Shown here: positions 11,908 through 24,500 of the stretch, in pieces
How the letters are laid out: each line of letters opens with the position of its first letter
Numbering within the stretch: position 1 is the first letter of the stretch
Origin: Moniliella sp. 'wahieum'
Taxonomy: Eukaryota
NCBI GenBank assembly: GCA_003971905.1
Contig: RSEE01000136.1
Location: 62,001 to 126,000, forward strand
Length of the DNA stretch: 64,000 nt
Direction of reading: 5' to 3'
Position numbers and translations under genes: made by a program
Notes under the pieces: model-generated
The model's database searches: none
Told to the model about the DNA's origin: nothing
The model's input: the letters and a program-made list of their open reading frames with translations, nothing else

Positions 11908-12731
11908 ATGCACACCAACGCCGCTCTTCTTCTCTCCCTCGTCGCTGCCGTTGGCATGGCCAACGCTGCCGCCAACCCCGAGGCCACGCTGCACCTCGCT
12001 TCGTCATCAAGCGCGGTACGTGTTCTGCTCCCTCCCCCTCCTAGCCCATTGCTCAACGTGAGATACTGACGCGTGCCCTATCCGGACAATCCCCATCCTT
12101 ACTCTTACTCCTTAATCCGTTCCTTGTTGAACTGGTAGAACCGAACGTCTTCTCGGCCATCGGCAATGACATTACCTCGATTGGCGACGGTATCGTCGCG
12201 GGCGTGGAGAGCGTGTTTAGCCATTTGACCTCCAAGGGCGCTGGCGTTGCTTCTTCGACGGTCACCTCTGATGCCGTGGGCGAATTCAGCACGCTCCCGT
12301 CGGATGCAGCGGGCATTTTCACGACGGTCAAGTCAGATGCAGAGGGTGTGTTCAGCACCCTCACCTCCCAGGGCGCCGGGGTCTTGGCGACGGCATCGGC
12401 GGAAGCGGCCCAGGAATTGGCCACGATCGAGTCCAGGCTTGTCAAGGATAAGGCCAAGGCTTCGTCCCTGTATGCCCAGGCCTCGGCCTCGGCCGACCCG
12501 TCCATGTCCATGTTGGCCGACAAATATGCTTCGCGCGTTTCGGTGCTGGAAGCGTCGGCTTCGTCCGTTTCATCGTTGGCTACGGTTCGGCGGCCGTCGG
12601 CTTCGGCCGCCGCGGCGACTGCCGCCAAGGTCGGGACTGATGCCACGGACGGAGCTAAGGGCCAGATGGCGGTGCATGTGGGTGCTGCCCTTCTGGCCGC
12701 CGGGGCTGGTGCCGTCGGATTGCTGCTTTAA
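11908..12731 (+). CDS. Secreted, probably GPI-anchored Ala/Ser/Thr-rich cell-surface protein with 11-aa repeats
   Basis: Signal peptide MHTNAALLLSLVAAVGMANA. One-base frameshift near 11985 restores ..PRFVIKR. Intron 12016-12138 (GTACGT..TACTGAC..TAG). Exon 2 EPNVFSAIGND.. ends in the hydrophobic tail AVHVGAALLAAGAGAVGLLL*. Confidence 0.75.
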
Positions 12732-13050
12732 CCGGACCGCTTGTCTGTCTTTTGCCATGTGGCATTAGGATCTGGATGGTGCGATGGCTATTGCTGTACG
12801 ATGCAATACTGTCCAGCTAAAGGGATTCGACTGCTACGTTTTTGGTGCTTTTTATCTATTCATCTTTGATTCAATCTCTTCTTGCCCAAACCGTGCTAGA
12901 GGGCAGTGCTAGGGTTCACCTGCACTCTTTCCACTGGATCGGTGACGCTCGCTGGTTCGGGTGATTCGCCCCTTGCGCAGGTTGCGCCATTCCTTTATCT
13001 GTTCCGACTTGCTTGCTTTTTTGGGCTCTTGTCTTCTTTTCCCTTCAATC

Positions 13051-13199
13051 AGCTTGCTTGAAGGACTTGTGGCTGACTAGCCCTGCCTTCTTGCACACCT
13101 TGAAGGTGCGCCTCTGCTTCCTTGTTGTGTTGTCCTCCGCAATGGAGCTTGCTTGAAGGACTTGTGGCTGCCTGCCCTGCCTTCTTGCACGCCTTGAAG
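13051..13199. repeat. ~55-bp direct repeat pair, starts 95 nt apart
   Basis: AGCTTGCTTGAAGGACTTGTGGCTG..GCCCTGCCTTCTTGCAC[A/G]CCTTGAAG at 13051-13105 and 13146-13199. Confidence 0.9.
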
Positions 13200-14003
13200 C
13201 TCATCTTTCGTGCTGCCCATAGCCTAGCGTTCCTTAGCCGCACTGTAGCAAACCGAGGGTTCAACGGTGAAGTTCACCCCTGTCATGGGTCGGATGTTTG
13301 CCGCTTCGGTATGGTTCTGTTGTGGAAATAGTGGGTCTGGGTCGGGGGCTGGTCTCGCCTAGCGTGTGGCCGCTGGCAAGGTGTGACATGTGACATGTGA
13401 CATGGACATGTGATTGGAGACCAGGAGGTCCCAAGCGGTCGTGTCGGCCTGTGAGATCTGAGATCGGAGATCTGGCGTGGTGACATGTGACATGGTGACA
13501 AGCAATGCCTCCAAAGGCCCTGCGATGCGGGAGGAAGATCGGTGAGATGTGACATCGGACGCGCGCTGCGCATGGTTGAACGTTGAAAAGTGTAGTCTGA
13601 GGCAAAGGGGCAGTGTAGGGGACTAGGGAGAGTGATAGTGACATGTGCGGATGTGACATGTGACGGGGAAGGGCAGCTGTCGGGCGGGTGGGCGCGGGGC
13701 GAGTGTGTGGCGCTGTGCGCTTTGCCAGCGGCCAAGCCCAGCGGCCTCCGGCGTGTCACATGTGATGTCGCACCGCACTGGCCAGCGGCTGGGTGGTGGT
13801 GGTGGGCAGGGTGCGGCAGGGTGCAAGTGCTAGCTAGTGCTAGTGCTAGTGCTAGTGCTAGTGCAAGTGCTACTGCCGAGAACCGGAGGCCCGACGATGC
13901 GTCCGCAGCATCCTCCTACCACTCCCACCTCCTACCACTCCCCCTCCCACCACTCCCCCCCCCCACCGCTGCCCCCTCGGCTGCGTGTGCTGCTGCCACC
14001 AGC

Positions 14004-16651
14004 ATGTGGTCGCCTCTGTCCCCCCCACCCCCACCGCCACCCGCCACCACCCCATCCCGCCTGGCCAGCACCCGCTCGCCCCCCCCCCCCCCGCCTCCTC
14101 CTCCTCGTCCCCGCGGCCTCGCCTCCCCGCCGCCATCCCACCCAACTCCGCGCCGCCCTCGGCCACGTTGCCCATGCCGCCTCCCATGCCCTCGCCCCCC
14201 CGGACGCCGACCTGCGCCTGAGCGACAGCGACAGCGACAGCAACAGCAACAGCAACAGCGACACCAGCACGCGCCGACACGACATTGGTCTCGCCTCTTC
14301 TCCCTCCCATGCCTCTCGGCGGCCTACCTCTCGTCGTACCCAGCGCTCCCGCCGTACCCAGCCCACACGCCTCTTCCCTGATGTGCCCTCCGATCCAGCT
14401 CAGCATGAGCCGCTCGAGCCCAACCTGTCAGCAGGCTACATCTTGTCGGCCCAGGAAAGCTCCGAGTTTCTCGGTCCAACCCATCACCGCCACCACAGTC
14501 GCAATGACGAGGGTGTTGCGACTGTGACGCCAACGTACGAGAGATGACCGCAAGCACCAGCACCGATGCTTTGACTTATTCCAAGAGCACCAAAAAGTCC
14601 GCGCTCATGTCGACGCCCGACGCCGAAGCCGACGCTGATGCCAACGTTGTCGATGTCCTCCCTTTCCAGCCGGTCGATGAGGATTGTGAGAGGGAAGGTG
14701 GCGGCCACCCGATTGAACAGCACGAAGACGAAACCAAGCAAGAAGCCTACTTTGACCGTGCCCATTCCTCCTCGGGCAAATACGTGGCAGAGATGGGGCC
14801 GGATGTGCCGATCAAGCTGGCGCATTTATTCAAGCCCCCCATGATCCGACAATGGGTACATGGGTCTCACTACTTTGGGGAAACCAGCGAGCGGGCGCCG
14901 GCCCGGACCGAATTGTTTTTCGACTTGGTAGCCGTCGCTATGGTCCACAAGGTATCGGATTCTCTCATGGAGGCACCTACGCGCGCCATCCAGGTTGCCA
15001 TCTTCGCCATTACGTTTTTCCTCCTCGCCTGGACCTTGTGGCTGGACCAACGTATGATCATCAACCAAAGTGGCAGCGACGATATTTTCCAGCGGGTGTA
15101 CCTTGTTGCTATGATGATTTTCTCCAATGCCTTTATCTCCAATGCAAGCGGGGTAAAGGTGGCTACCTTTTCCAAAGAGGGCGAGGCGAGGGTGGAGAGG
15201 GAGAAGGCTCGGCTGCAACCGAGGAAGCTGTGCGTCTTCTTACCCGATTTGTAGGGCATGCTTTCATCTCTAGGGCGGAGGGTGCCAAGAGACCAGTGGA
15301 AGAGCCTGTCCCGGATCCGGAAGCACACATGTTTGGTCCCTACTACTTTGCTGAACACTGGCATTCTTTCCTTCAAGGTGCCATGAGTTTTTGGCTCACT
15401 GCACGTCTTCTCAAGCTGTGCATACTGGGTGCGTACGCTGTATGGCTGCCCAACTTTCGCGCCGCCCTGCTTCTTCAATTTTGCGTCACGGTCGTTTGCA
15501 CAGTCTGTTTTCTTCCGCTTGCCTTTAGCCAGGAGCCAACTACCGTCATGGTTCTTGCAGTCGTTGGCGTTTTGCTTGATTTTTTCCTCCGCTTCGGTCT
15601 GGCAGCAGCGCAAAAAGGTTTGCATAAGATTGCCAAACGGGGCCGCGGCCACTTCTACTTCCCAGCTCAGTCCGTCGAGCACATGGCAGAGCGCCTGATG
15701 CTGTTCACCATTCTGGTCATTGGCGAAACCATCATGAACTCAGCCTATACGGGATCTACCCCGACCATGGCCATGCTGGATGGGATGTGCTGTTTGGTCG
15801 GTCGTCATTGACGATTATCAATTCCTTCCTTCTGGCCTGGATCTACTTTGACGCGGATGGCTCACGTACGTTTGTGCATGCTCTCCGACGACACTACCAC
15901 CATGCGCTGCAGTTCACCAACATTCATGCACCCCTGTGCGGGGTGATTGTACTGTCCTCGGTGATCCCCAAGCTGATTGCCAACGACACGGTAGACCAAG
16001 GTACATTGTGTACTATTCTGGCGGCTTGGCCGTTGCGTTATTGAGCATCGCTGTGATTGCGTGTCTACACGAAAGCCTGGACCTGCACGGATCCGCGTGG
16101 TTCTCTACCAACTCACGTATCTTGGCGCGCGTGCTAGCCGCCACCCTGTTCCTCTGTTTGCCCATCAAGGCCAACTGGCGCACGGTGCACTACCTTGGTG
16201 TGCATTCAGCCATCTTGCTCGTGCTCGTCATGTTCGAGACGGCAGGCAAGATAGGGGCCGTGGGACGGGTGTACGACGAGTCGCGCGCAAAGGCGTTGCA
16301 CGAGTACCAAGAAGCCATGGATGCCACCCGACGAGGTCACTTGGGGAATACAGCTACCCTAGCCAGTTTGAGCGGGAGCAACTTTGCCGCACTCGAAGTC
16401 AAGCCCAAGTTACCTTCGCGCCCACCCAGAGCCTATGGGGCAAACTTAAATTTTACGCTACCCAGCTCCGCGCTAAGTTCGATAAAGAGTACTTGTCCCC
16501 CGGGCCGTCAGCCAAGAGCCGCTGGCACAATTACGAAGACTTGTCCTACAACGAACGGGGCGAGGAAGATGTCGGTAACGAGGTCGAGTTGGGACAGGTC
16601 GAACCTCATAAGTTGCGTCCGTCGAGAAGGTGGGCCTTGACCGCGTTTTAG
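14004..16651 (+). CDS. LtrA (low temperature requirement A) family multi-pass membrane protein
   Basis: ERAPARTELFFDLVAVA, DDIFQRVYLV, EHMAERLMLFTILVIGE and LAWIYFDADGSRTFVHALRRH motifs plus many TM segments across frameshifted ORFs 14544-16651. Start uncertain. Confidence 0.82.
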
Positions 16652-16653
16652 TA

Positions 16654-17428
16654 CCCCCCCCCCCCCCCCCCCCCCCCCAACAGCCTAAAGGCACATTGCA
16701 TGGGGAAAAGGTGCGCGTTGCGTTCCTCCACGCCTCCCATTTTTCCCCCTCGTTCTGTTTCCTCCCACTTCCTCTTGTTGTGCTTGTGCCCCCGGCCTGC
16801 ACCTGCACCTGCACCTGCACCTGCATCTCAACCGAACCTGCACCTGAACCTGCACATTCACCCTCATTCCATGTCTTTTCAAGCCTTGCTGCACTGCACA
16901 TTCCCCCCCCCCCCCCCCCCCCCCCCTTCATTTTTTCTCTTGCACATCGCAGTTTGCCCTTCTACTAGCTACCACTTTTCCAATCCGAATCCCAATCCGA
17001 ATCCCAATCCCAATCCCAATCCGAATCTCAATTCATTTTGCCCGCCTCGTCATACTCTCTTCATGGTATCTTTTCTTCGTGGTATCTTCGTGGTATCTTC
17101 ATGGCCTCTTCGTGGCCTTGTCATGGCCTCTTCGTGGTATCTTCATGGTATCGTCCACACAACTCTTGTGCCAACACCACGGTCGTTCCCTCGTAGCCGT
17201 CGTTCAGTCTGGTGTCCCTCCGCACCACCTGGGGGCTTTTTCCTTCGTCCTGGGCGGTTCGTGTTCGCACTATGAGATGGTAGATCAACGACCGAATATG
17301 CGTCGACATCATTCCCCTCCGCACAGACAGGCCTCATCGTTCGCCTCCATATCCATATCCATATCCATATCCATATCCATATCCATATCCATATCCATAT
17401 CCATATCCATATCCATATCCATATCCAT
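16654..17428. repeat. Cluster of simple repeats: C25, (CACCTG)n, C24, (CC[C/G]AAT)n, 11-bp minisatellite TCTTCRTGG[TA/CC], (ATATCC)~13
   Basis: Read directly at 16654-16678, ~16796-16850, 16903-16926, ~16979-17027, 17058-17152 and 17346-17428. Confidence 0.9.
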
Positions 17429-18935
17429 TGTTCTGGGTGCTCCGGTCATCTCCGAACACCGAGCCCCGCATTTCGTAGAACTTCATCGATCACACGCCAG
17501 CCCTGCGACACTATCTGCGGCGCCCGGTCTTGACAGAACCCCACATCGACTGCGGCCCACTGGATCGCAGTCCTGGTACAACCCCACATCTACTGCGCCA
17601 AACAGATCGCAGTATGGGCAGAACAGGCCGCCCTTTATCCCTTACTACTGTAGATTCCCTTCCTTCTGTTGAAGCCTGTTCTGATGTTACGGTATATAGG
17701 CAAGCCCGGTCTAAGGCTTGCTGGCGCTGATCCTCACCGCCCAACCCACGTCTTCCCCCCGACTTCCCTCTCCACTCTTCAAGCTTCACCCTTGATACGC
17801 TTGCTTACGAATTTACGGCTTACAATCGACCACTCTGCAAGCTGCGGTTACTAGTTACTATCAGTAGCGCTTGCTCTTCTTTAGGACCCTGTCTGTTTCC
17901 GCCTACTACAGCGTACCGAGTGTGGTAACGCCGCGAGGAACAGAGTAATTTCGGAGATCCTGGACCCCTTCAATTGGTCTTACGACCTACGTACGCGGCT
18001 CCTACCTCGGAGGGTCTGAGCTGCGGCCTTTGCACGCAGGTAGCCACCCAAACTAAGGGTCTCTCCCTTGCCTCTACACCCGCTCTGATCGGTCCAACCA
18101 GGATCTGAAGCAGGACATAACGTATGTAACTCTAATGCCATGTCCAAGGGCTTTCACCCTAAATTCCGGGGACGGTCCGTCTCGGGGCTCGCCCCATGAC
18201 ATCCATATTCATATCCATATCCATACCTCTTGCTACTCGTTTTTGTTCCTAAGTTGGGCCGTTGCTATGGTTCCGACACATTGATGCACGGTACATGATG
18301 CAGGCGTGCATGAGGGTGCATGCGTGCCTTGGCGGTGGTACATGGTACATGTTATCCTTACCACTGACTGCCATGCAATAGTATGCAGCGCTGCTGGATT
18401 GGGCGTTTGGGGTTGTGCCCTCGCTGTCTTCCTGGGGGGGTTGCGATTTGCACCTACCGACCAATTGAGTTGTTGCTGTTTCCTGGCCATGGTATATGGC
18501 AATCGATGGCAGCCATAGCTGGAGGTGCCATTGAAGGGTTTGTGGTCGAGACGCAGTGAAGCTTGAAGATCGGCTGAGACGGGCAGGCGGCCCAGCCTGA
18601 CCCACCCGACACTGGTTGTGGTGGGGCCGGGTGGGAGTCCAGCACGTGGAGCTGAGCCGGCAGAATTTTTGGATCGGGCCACAAGCGCTAGCAACTGAGC
18701 GTCTCGACCTTAAATGATTCATGGTTAGTTGATTGGTTCTTGATCGATGGGCGACTGCCGACGTCGACGATTTGGCTTGGCAGGCGGGCGGAGGGTCAGT
18801 GTGCAGATCTCGCCGCTGAGGTTTCGCAGACAACCACCAAGTCGGTCCTCGGCGCCCACCCCCCCCACCACCCCCACCACCACCACCACCACCGCAGCCA
18901 GCAGCCCGCAGCCCGCACCCAGCACCCAGCACCCA

Positions 18936-21323
18936 ATGGGCGGCGGCGACGGCGACGGCCCCCCTGCGCGGCCGCTTGCCCCCGCCTCGCATCCCACCTA
19001 CTCCCTCCGCTTTGCGCCGCAGCTCTACGACGCCCCGCCGCCGCACCACGTCACGCTGCCCGCCGCGCCCTGGCTGCCGGCGCCCGCGCTGGGGCTGGCC
19101 AGCTGGATGGCCTCCCCCCCCCGGCAGCTCCCCCGTCGTGCGCCGTGCCGCCCAGCCCAACACCACCCGCTACACGGCCGCCGTGCATGCAGTCCGCATT
19201 GGCTTCCGCAACCCTTGGCGCAGCTGGCACCACCCCAGCCCCCTCCAGGTCTGGTCCGGCCTCCAGTGGGGCGGTAGCACCTCGTGCTGCCCATCTGCTG
19301 CCCCCACCCGTCCCGCAAGCGCGCTGGACGGCGACGCGGAACTAGCCGGCACATGGATCGAGTCGCCAATCTCTAGTGCTCGCCCGAGCTGGGACCAGGA
19401 CGAAAAGCCGTCACCTTTGTCGCTCACCCCGCCGCTGCAGGAGCCGGCGATGCAGCCCGTCGCCACCCAGCCCATCGCTTCTTGGCCTACCTTTCTTGCA
19501 CCCGACGAGACGCGGACGACGTGGATCGGCCATGCGAGCGTGCTCCTCGAGTTGCCCGTCCCGTCGCCCCAAGGCGGGCAGGGGGGGTGCTGCGACTGCT
19601 CTTTGACCCCATCTTCTCTGAGCGTTGTTCTCCCACGCAACGCTTTGGTCCGCGTCGGTCCCTCGAGGTACCGATCGCCGTGGAGGACTTGCCTCCGATT
19701 GACCTGGTGCTCATTTCCCATTCCCACTACGATCATTTGGACTTTGACTCGATCGCTGCTCTCCTCGCTGCCAACGGGACCAGCGTCAAGTTTTTGTCCC
19801 CTTAGGAAACAAGGCGTGGTTCCTGTCCTCGTTGGTGGACCACGGATTGGAGGAGGAGACGGTGTTCGAGTGCGACTGGTGGGATGAGGCGGTGCTCTCT
19901 TTCCCCTTTTCCGAAAAGAATGTGGGGATGAGGGAGCAGAACGTGGCCGAGGGGACCGTGGAGGCCGAAGAGGCACAGGTAACCGTCAAGGTCACTTGCA
20001 CCCCTGCCCAGCACGGTTCTGGCCGAGCAGGGATCGATGCAGATTCTACCTTGTGGAGCAGTTGGTACATCACCTATTCTCGTCCCCGACCTCGGCCGAT
20101 GACCAAGGAAAGAGTTTCCGGGCCTTTTTCGCAGGCGATACTGGCTTCCAGTTCCACGACCCGGCCACAGCCAAGAAGGAGGACGAGACCGAAAGTGATT
20201 CGCCCCCGGCCGGATCCACCCTACGTCAACCTCCTCGTAGCCAAACAGCGGCGCCTAGTTTGGGTGGCAAGAACCTTTCTCATCTTGTCGAGACGAAGGT
20301 GAAACGAGTTCTTACGTCGCGCACGTCGTTCAGTACACCGAAGAAGAAAGATATCTAACCCCTCAGGGGAGGAGCATTCACAACTCGCTTTCGCTGCCGA
20401 AACCTTCGTTCGCTCGGCTGCGTCAGGATCGACATCGCACCACTTCTTTGCATACGGAAAGTTTGGTCTCGTCGATATCGAGGAACCTCCCGTGCTCGCC
20501 AGTCCTCATGCTTCCCATCTCTCAGCCACACACACGCCTACCCTACGCCTACGCATGTCCCCCCGCCTCAGTTTCTCCACTACCGGTCTTTCCGAGCCCT
20601 CGTCTTCCCCGGGGGCATCGACGGTTCCCTCTCGGAACCTGCGCTTCTTACTCCCGTGCATCCTACGGGCGAGAGGGCTCTGACCGTGACCGGCTCCCGT
20701 ATCCGCCGCGCGGTACCTTGCGCAACAGGAGACGACGAGCGCAAGACAAGTACCCCCACTGCCCGGCATTTGAGGAGATTGCAACCCGTCTCGGTCCTCC
20801 CGATCTCAATATGCTCCCGATCAGCGTGGGTGCCACATTGAGCTTCCTCAAAGGCTTGGACCCCTTCCCGCAAGCTTGGTCCCCGTTCCCTGTGGCGTGC
20901 ACGAGGGCGTCACGGCGGCCAACCATATGACCCCGCAGGACGCCGTGCGGTGTTTCCGCCTGATGGACCTCACCCGTCCGGTTGCGCCGACGCCGGAGCC
21001 TGCCACGGACCAGAACCAGAACCAGTTCCAGGACTCACCAGTGCATCCGCCCGTCGCCTTAGCCATTCACTGGGCTACGTTTGTCGGCGACCCCGATGAG
21101 GCGCGCCGGTCTCTTCACCGCCTTGGCCAGGCCTGCCGCGACTGGCACGTCCACTTTGCTCGGTCCTTGCCACCCCGCGCCCCACCGCCACAGCCACAGC
21201 CATAGCCACAGTCCGGCCGACACCGATCCCACCTTCCTAGCTATCAATCCCGGTGAAAACATTGTCTTGCCGCTCCGCCCTGCCGCCTCATCGACATCCA
21301 TCATCTCCTCGAGGCAAGGGTGA
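18936..21323 (+). CDS. NAPE-PLD/Fmp30-like metallo-beta-lactamase-fold phosphodiesterase
   Basis: TWIGHASVLL, LFDPIFSERCSP, DLVLISHSHYDHLD (HxHxDH), CDWWD, PAQHGSGR, LWSSW, FFAGDTGF, CPAFEEI, HMTPQDAV and AIHWATF occur in the correct order across frameshifts. Confidence 0.9.
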
Positions 21324-21544
21324 CCGGTGATACCCGCATCCATCTCATCGACTCATCCATCTCCTTTCCAGCTTCACACGCTTCACGGTACAGGTAAAGT
21401 AAGCGTACGCGTGGCTCAGTTGCTCTCTGCTCTCCATAAACGTTCCGTCCGGTCTGTTCGTAATGACATTGGTGCATTTTATTTTCTCTCCAGCCGCGCT
21501 CTTCCACGCGAGCTGACGCATCGGTAGGACAACAGCCAGCCGGG

Positions 21545-24500
21545 CTAACCGCTAGCTTTGGCTTTGGCTTTGGCTTGGGCTTTGGCATGTGCTCCTTCTC
21601 GTAGCGGCCCATCCCGATCCGAGCTCAGATCACGGCCAGGGGAGACGATCCGGATTGGCTCAAGGGGTTGGCGGGTCGCGCTGCGCAATCTTGGTGCCAT
21701 GCGTGTCTTCCTCCACTGGGGAGACGACACGGTCGGCCTCGTTGGGCGACTGGGCCGGAGGAACAGGAACAGGAACAGGAACAGGACCGGCGTCCACAAC
21801 TGCAGTAGCGGTGGCGTAGCAGTAGGGTCCCCATCCATCGTCTCGGTAAGTTCAGAGGGACGCGCAGGAGTCCCGGCCTCGACGGCATCGTCCGCATCGT
21901 CCGCATGTTCCGCATCAGGCGCCATCGTTCCCCCCTCCCGAGCGAGGGTGGGCGAGGGCGAGTCAAACATGGCAGCAACAGTGACGTCGTCATCAGCAGG
22001 GGACGAAGGGGTATCGTGCTGACCAATTTGCGCCGTCTCGGGGTGGGATCGGGGGGAAGCGACAACCCAACATGCGGGTTTGGGATTTGCTCCGGCGGCC
22101 GGTCTGGCTCGGGTTCTGGCTCGGGTTCTGGCTCGGGTTCTGGCTCCGCGGTCGTCGGCCCGCCTCGGCCAGCTCAGGCGCGGCGCCTCAGGTTCGCACG
22201 TGGGCGCTGGAGCGGAGGAGTGTGCTGAGGCAGCGAGAGGGGACGTGGGATCGTCTCGGTGGAGGACAGGGGCGCAGGACAGATACCCGTTCCATCGTGC
22301 TGTCGACGGTCTCTGTCAATTGCCCTCCTCACCCTCCACCTGGGACTCAGTAGGAGCCTGGTCATCCATCACGGCTTGGACACCCATGGGTTCATTGACC
22401 TGGGGCTCGTCGGCCTTGGTTTCCTCAACCGTGGTTTCCTCGGCCTTGGTTTCCTCGGCCTTGGTTTCCTCGGCCTTGGTTTCCTCGGCCTTGGCTTCGT
22501 CAACCTTGGCTTCGTCAACCTTGGCTTTCGTCAACCTTGGCTTCGTCAACCTCGGCTTCCTCGACCTTGGCTTCCTCGACCTCGGCTTCCTCAGCCTCGG
22601 CTTTCACGTCGACCTTGGCTCCCTCAACCTTGGCTTCCTCAGCATTGGCTTTCTCGACCTTGGTTTCCTCAACGTTGATTTCGCCGACCTTGTTTTCGTC
22701 AAGCGTAGTTTCGCTCGCTTGGGCTGGGGGAACACTGGTTTCGCCCACTTTGGTTTTGGTGTCATTGCCTTCCTCAATTTTGGCTTGCTCAGCTTCGTTG
22801 TGGGACTTGGCCTCATCTACTTCAACGTCTTCAACTGCAGCACCTTTGGTCTCCGGTTCGACTTTGGCCTCGTCCGCCTTGGCTTCGTCCGTCTTGGCTT
22901 CGTCCGCCTTGGCTTCGTCCGCCTTGGCTTCGTCCGCCTTGGCTTCGTCCGCCTTGGCTTCGTCCGCCTTGGCTTCGTCCACCTTGGTCCCCTTCGCCTT
23001 GGTCTGGTCTACCATTGGTTGTTCACCCGCCCTTGGGGGCATGACTTGCTGCGCCTTATGCTCGTTCCCGCTTGACTCGGGGTGAGTCGAACCCTTTTCT
23101 GGGACGGCCTGTACACCGGGTCGTCGTGCCGCTCGTTTCTTAGCAGCTTCCGCCAACCGCTGCGCGAGCGACATGCGTGGTTTCTTCTCCTGTGGCTGTA
23201 CCTGTGACTGTGGCTGTGGCTGTGCCTGTGGCTGTGCCGGGGCGGGAGGTTCGGGCGCAGGGGCTGGTGGTACGGGACGAGAGGGGAGGGGAGGCACGGG
23301 ACGCTGCGTCGCGTCCGAAGTAAGTGTAGCGTCCGTAGGTGGGGGCTCAGCTAGGGCCCGCTTACCTTCCACCACCTGGTCCGGTGCGATAGGGAGAGAC
23401 GAAGTAGCGGTTAGAGGGACGTCCTTGGTGCCATCCATTGAGTCCGCCCTCTTCTCGCCCGCCATCGTTTCCGCTTCATTCGGAGCACCAGCTGGACCGT
23501 CCGTTCGATCGGGCACCGCATCGGTCGTAGCGGATGCAGATGCGGATGCGGATGCGGATGCGGATGCGGATGGGGCGGGGGTAGAGCGCGTAGTATGCGG
23601 TTCGTCCTTTTCGGTCTCTCGCGTCTCCAGGGCGCGAGTCACGCCCACTCCAGCGGAAACCGTGTAGGCCACGCTGGTCAGCCCTGACTGGGCCGAGGCA
23701 AACCAGCTCCGCAACGGCGCCTCAACCACTTGCCCTAGGCTGGGTGTGGGGGGGTGAGGGAGAGGAGGGGACGAGGGCGGAGGAGAACGTAATTGTCCAC
23801 TGGGAAGGGGGGGACTCTTCATCCTTGGCTGGTATGCCATTTTGGCCTCGGGGGCAAGTGGCAGGTCGTCGGGCATGGCTTGGACCGCGTCTGCCCCTTG
23901 AGCCTCGGGTTCCGATTGCGGTTGGAGTTGAGATTGGGAGTGGGATTGGGGGTGGGATTGGGATGGGGATTGGGATGGGGAGTGGGTTTGGGGCGGGGAT
24001 TGGGGTAGGGGTGGGAGTGGGGGTTGAGGATGGGCGTCGGTCTGGGCCCGGATTTGGGCGTCATCCTGAGCACGAGCTTCGGCAGCTTGAGCGTCGGCGC
24101 GGGCTTGGGCTTCCGCTTGAGCTTGGGCCTCCGCTTGAGCTTGAGCTTGAGCTTGAGCTTGAGCTTGAGCATGGGCTTGGGCGGCTGCTTCCGCTTCCTC
24201 CTGCGCGCGAGCCAGCACCTTCTTTTCTTGGATCCAAGTGGAGGTTTGCTGTGGATGGGTCAGTCAGTAGATCTGTCACGGCCAAGACCAAGGGCAAAGG
24301 AAAGAAACAGAAACAGAAACAGCAAAAGGGAAAGGAAAAAGAAAGGGAAGCAAATACGCACGGTAGGATCAAATGGATCGCCTTTGAGCTGGGCCATTCG
24401 GCCTACGAGGTAAGCCACCTCCAACTCGATCTGCGCAAGTACGTCGTCGGCCGGCACGAGGGCGGCATATACCGCGCGCAGCTTCTCGACAAACCGCAGA

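Noticed and set aside
10733..13199. Direct repeats with spacers as CRISPR-like arrays
   Set aside because: Only two copies each, eukaryotic context and no cas genes.
23936..24025. Strong G-quadruplex-like tract
   Set aside because: Explained as the antisense of SQ/HP/PP codon repeats in the Vps54 tail. No independent evidence of function.
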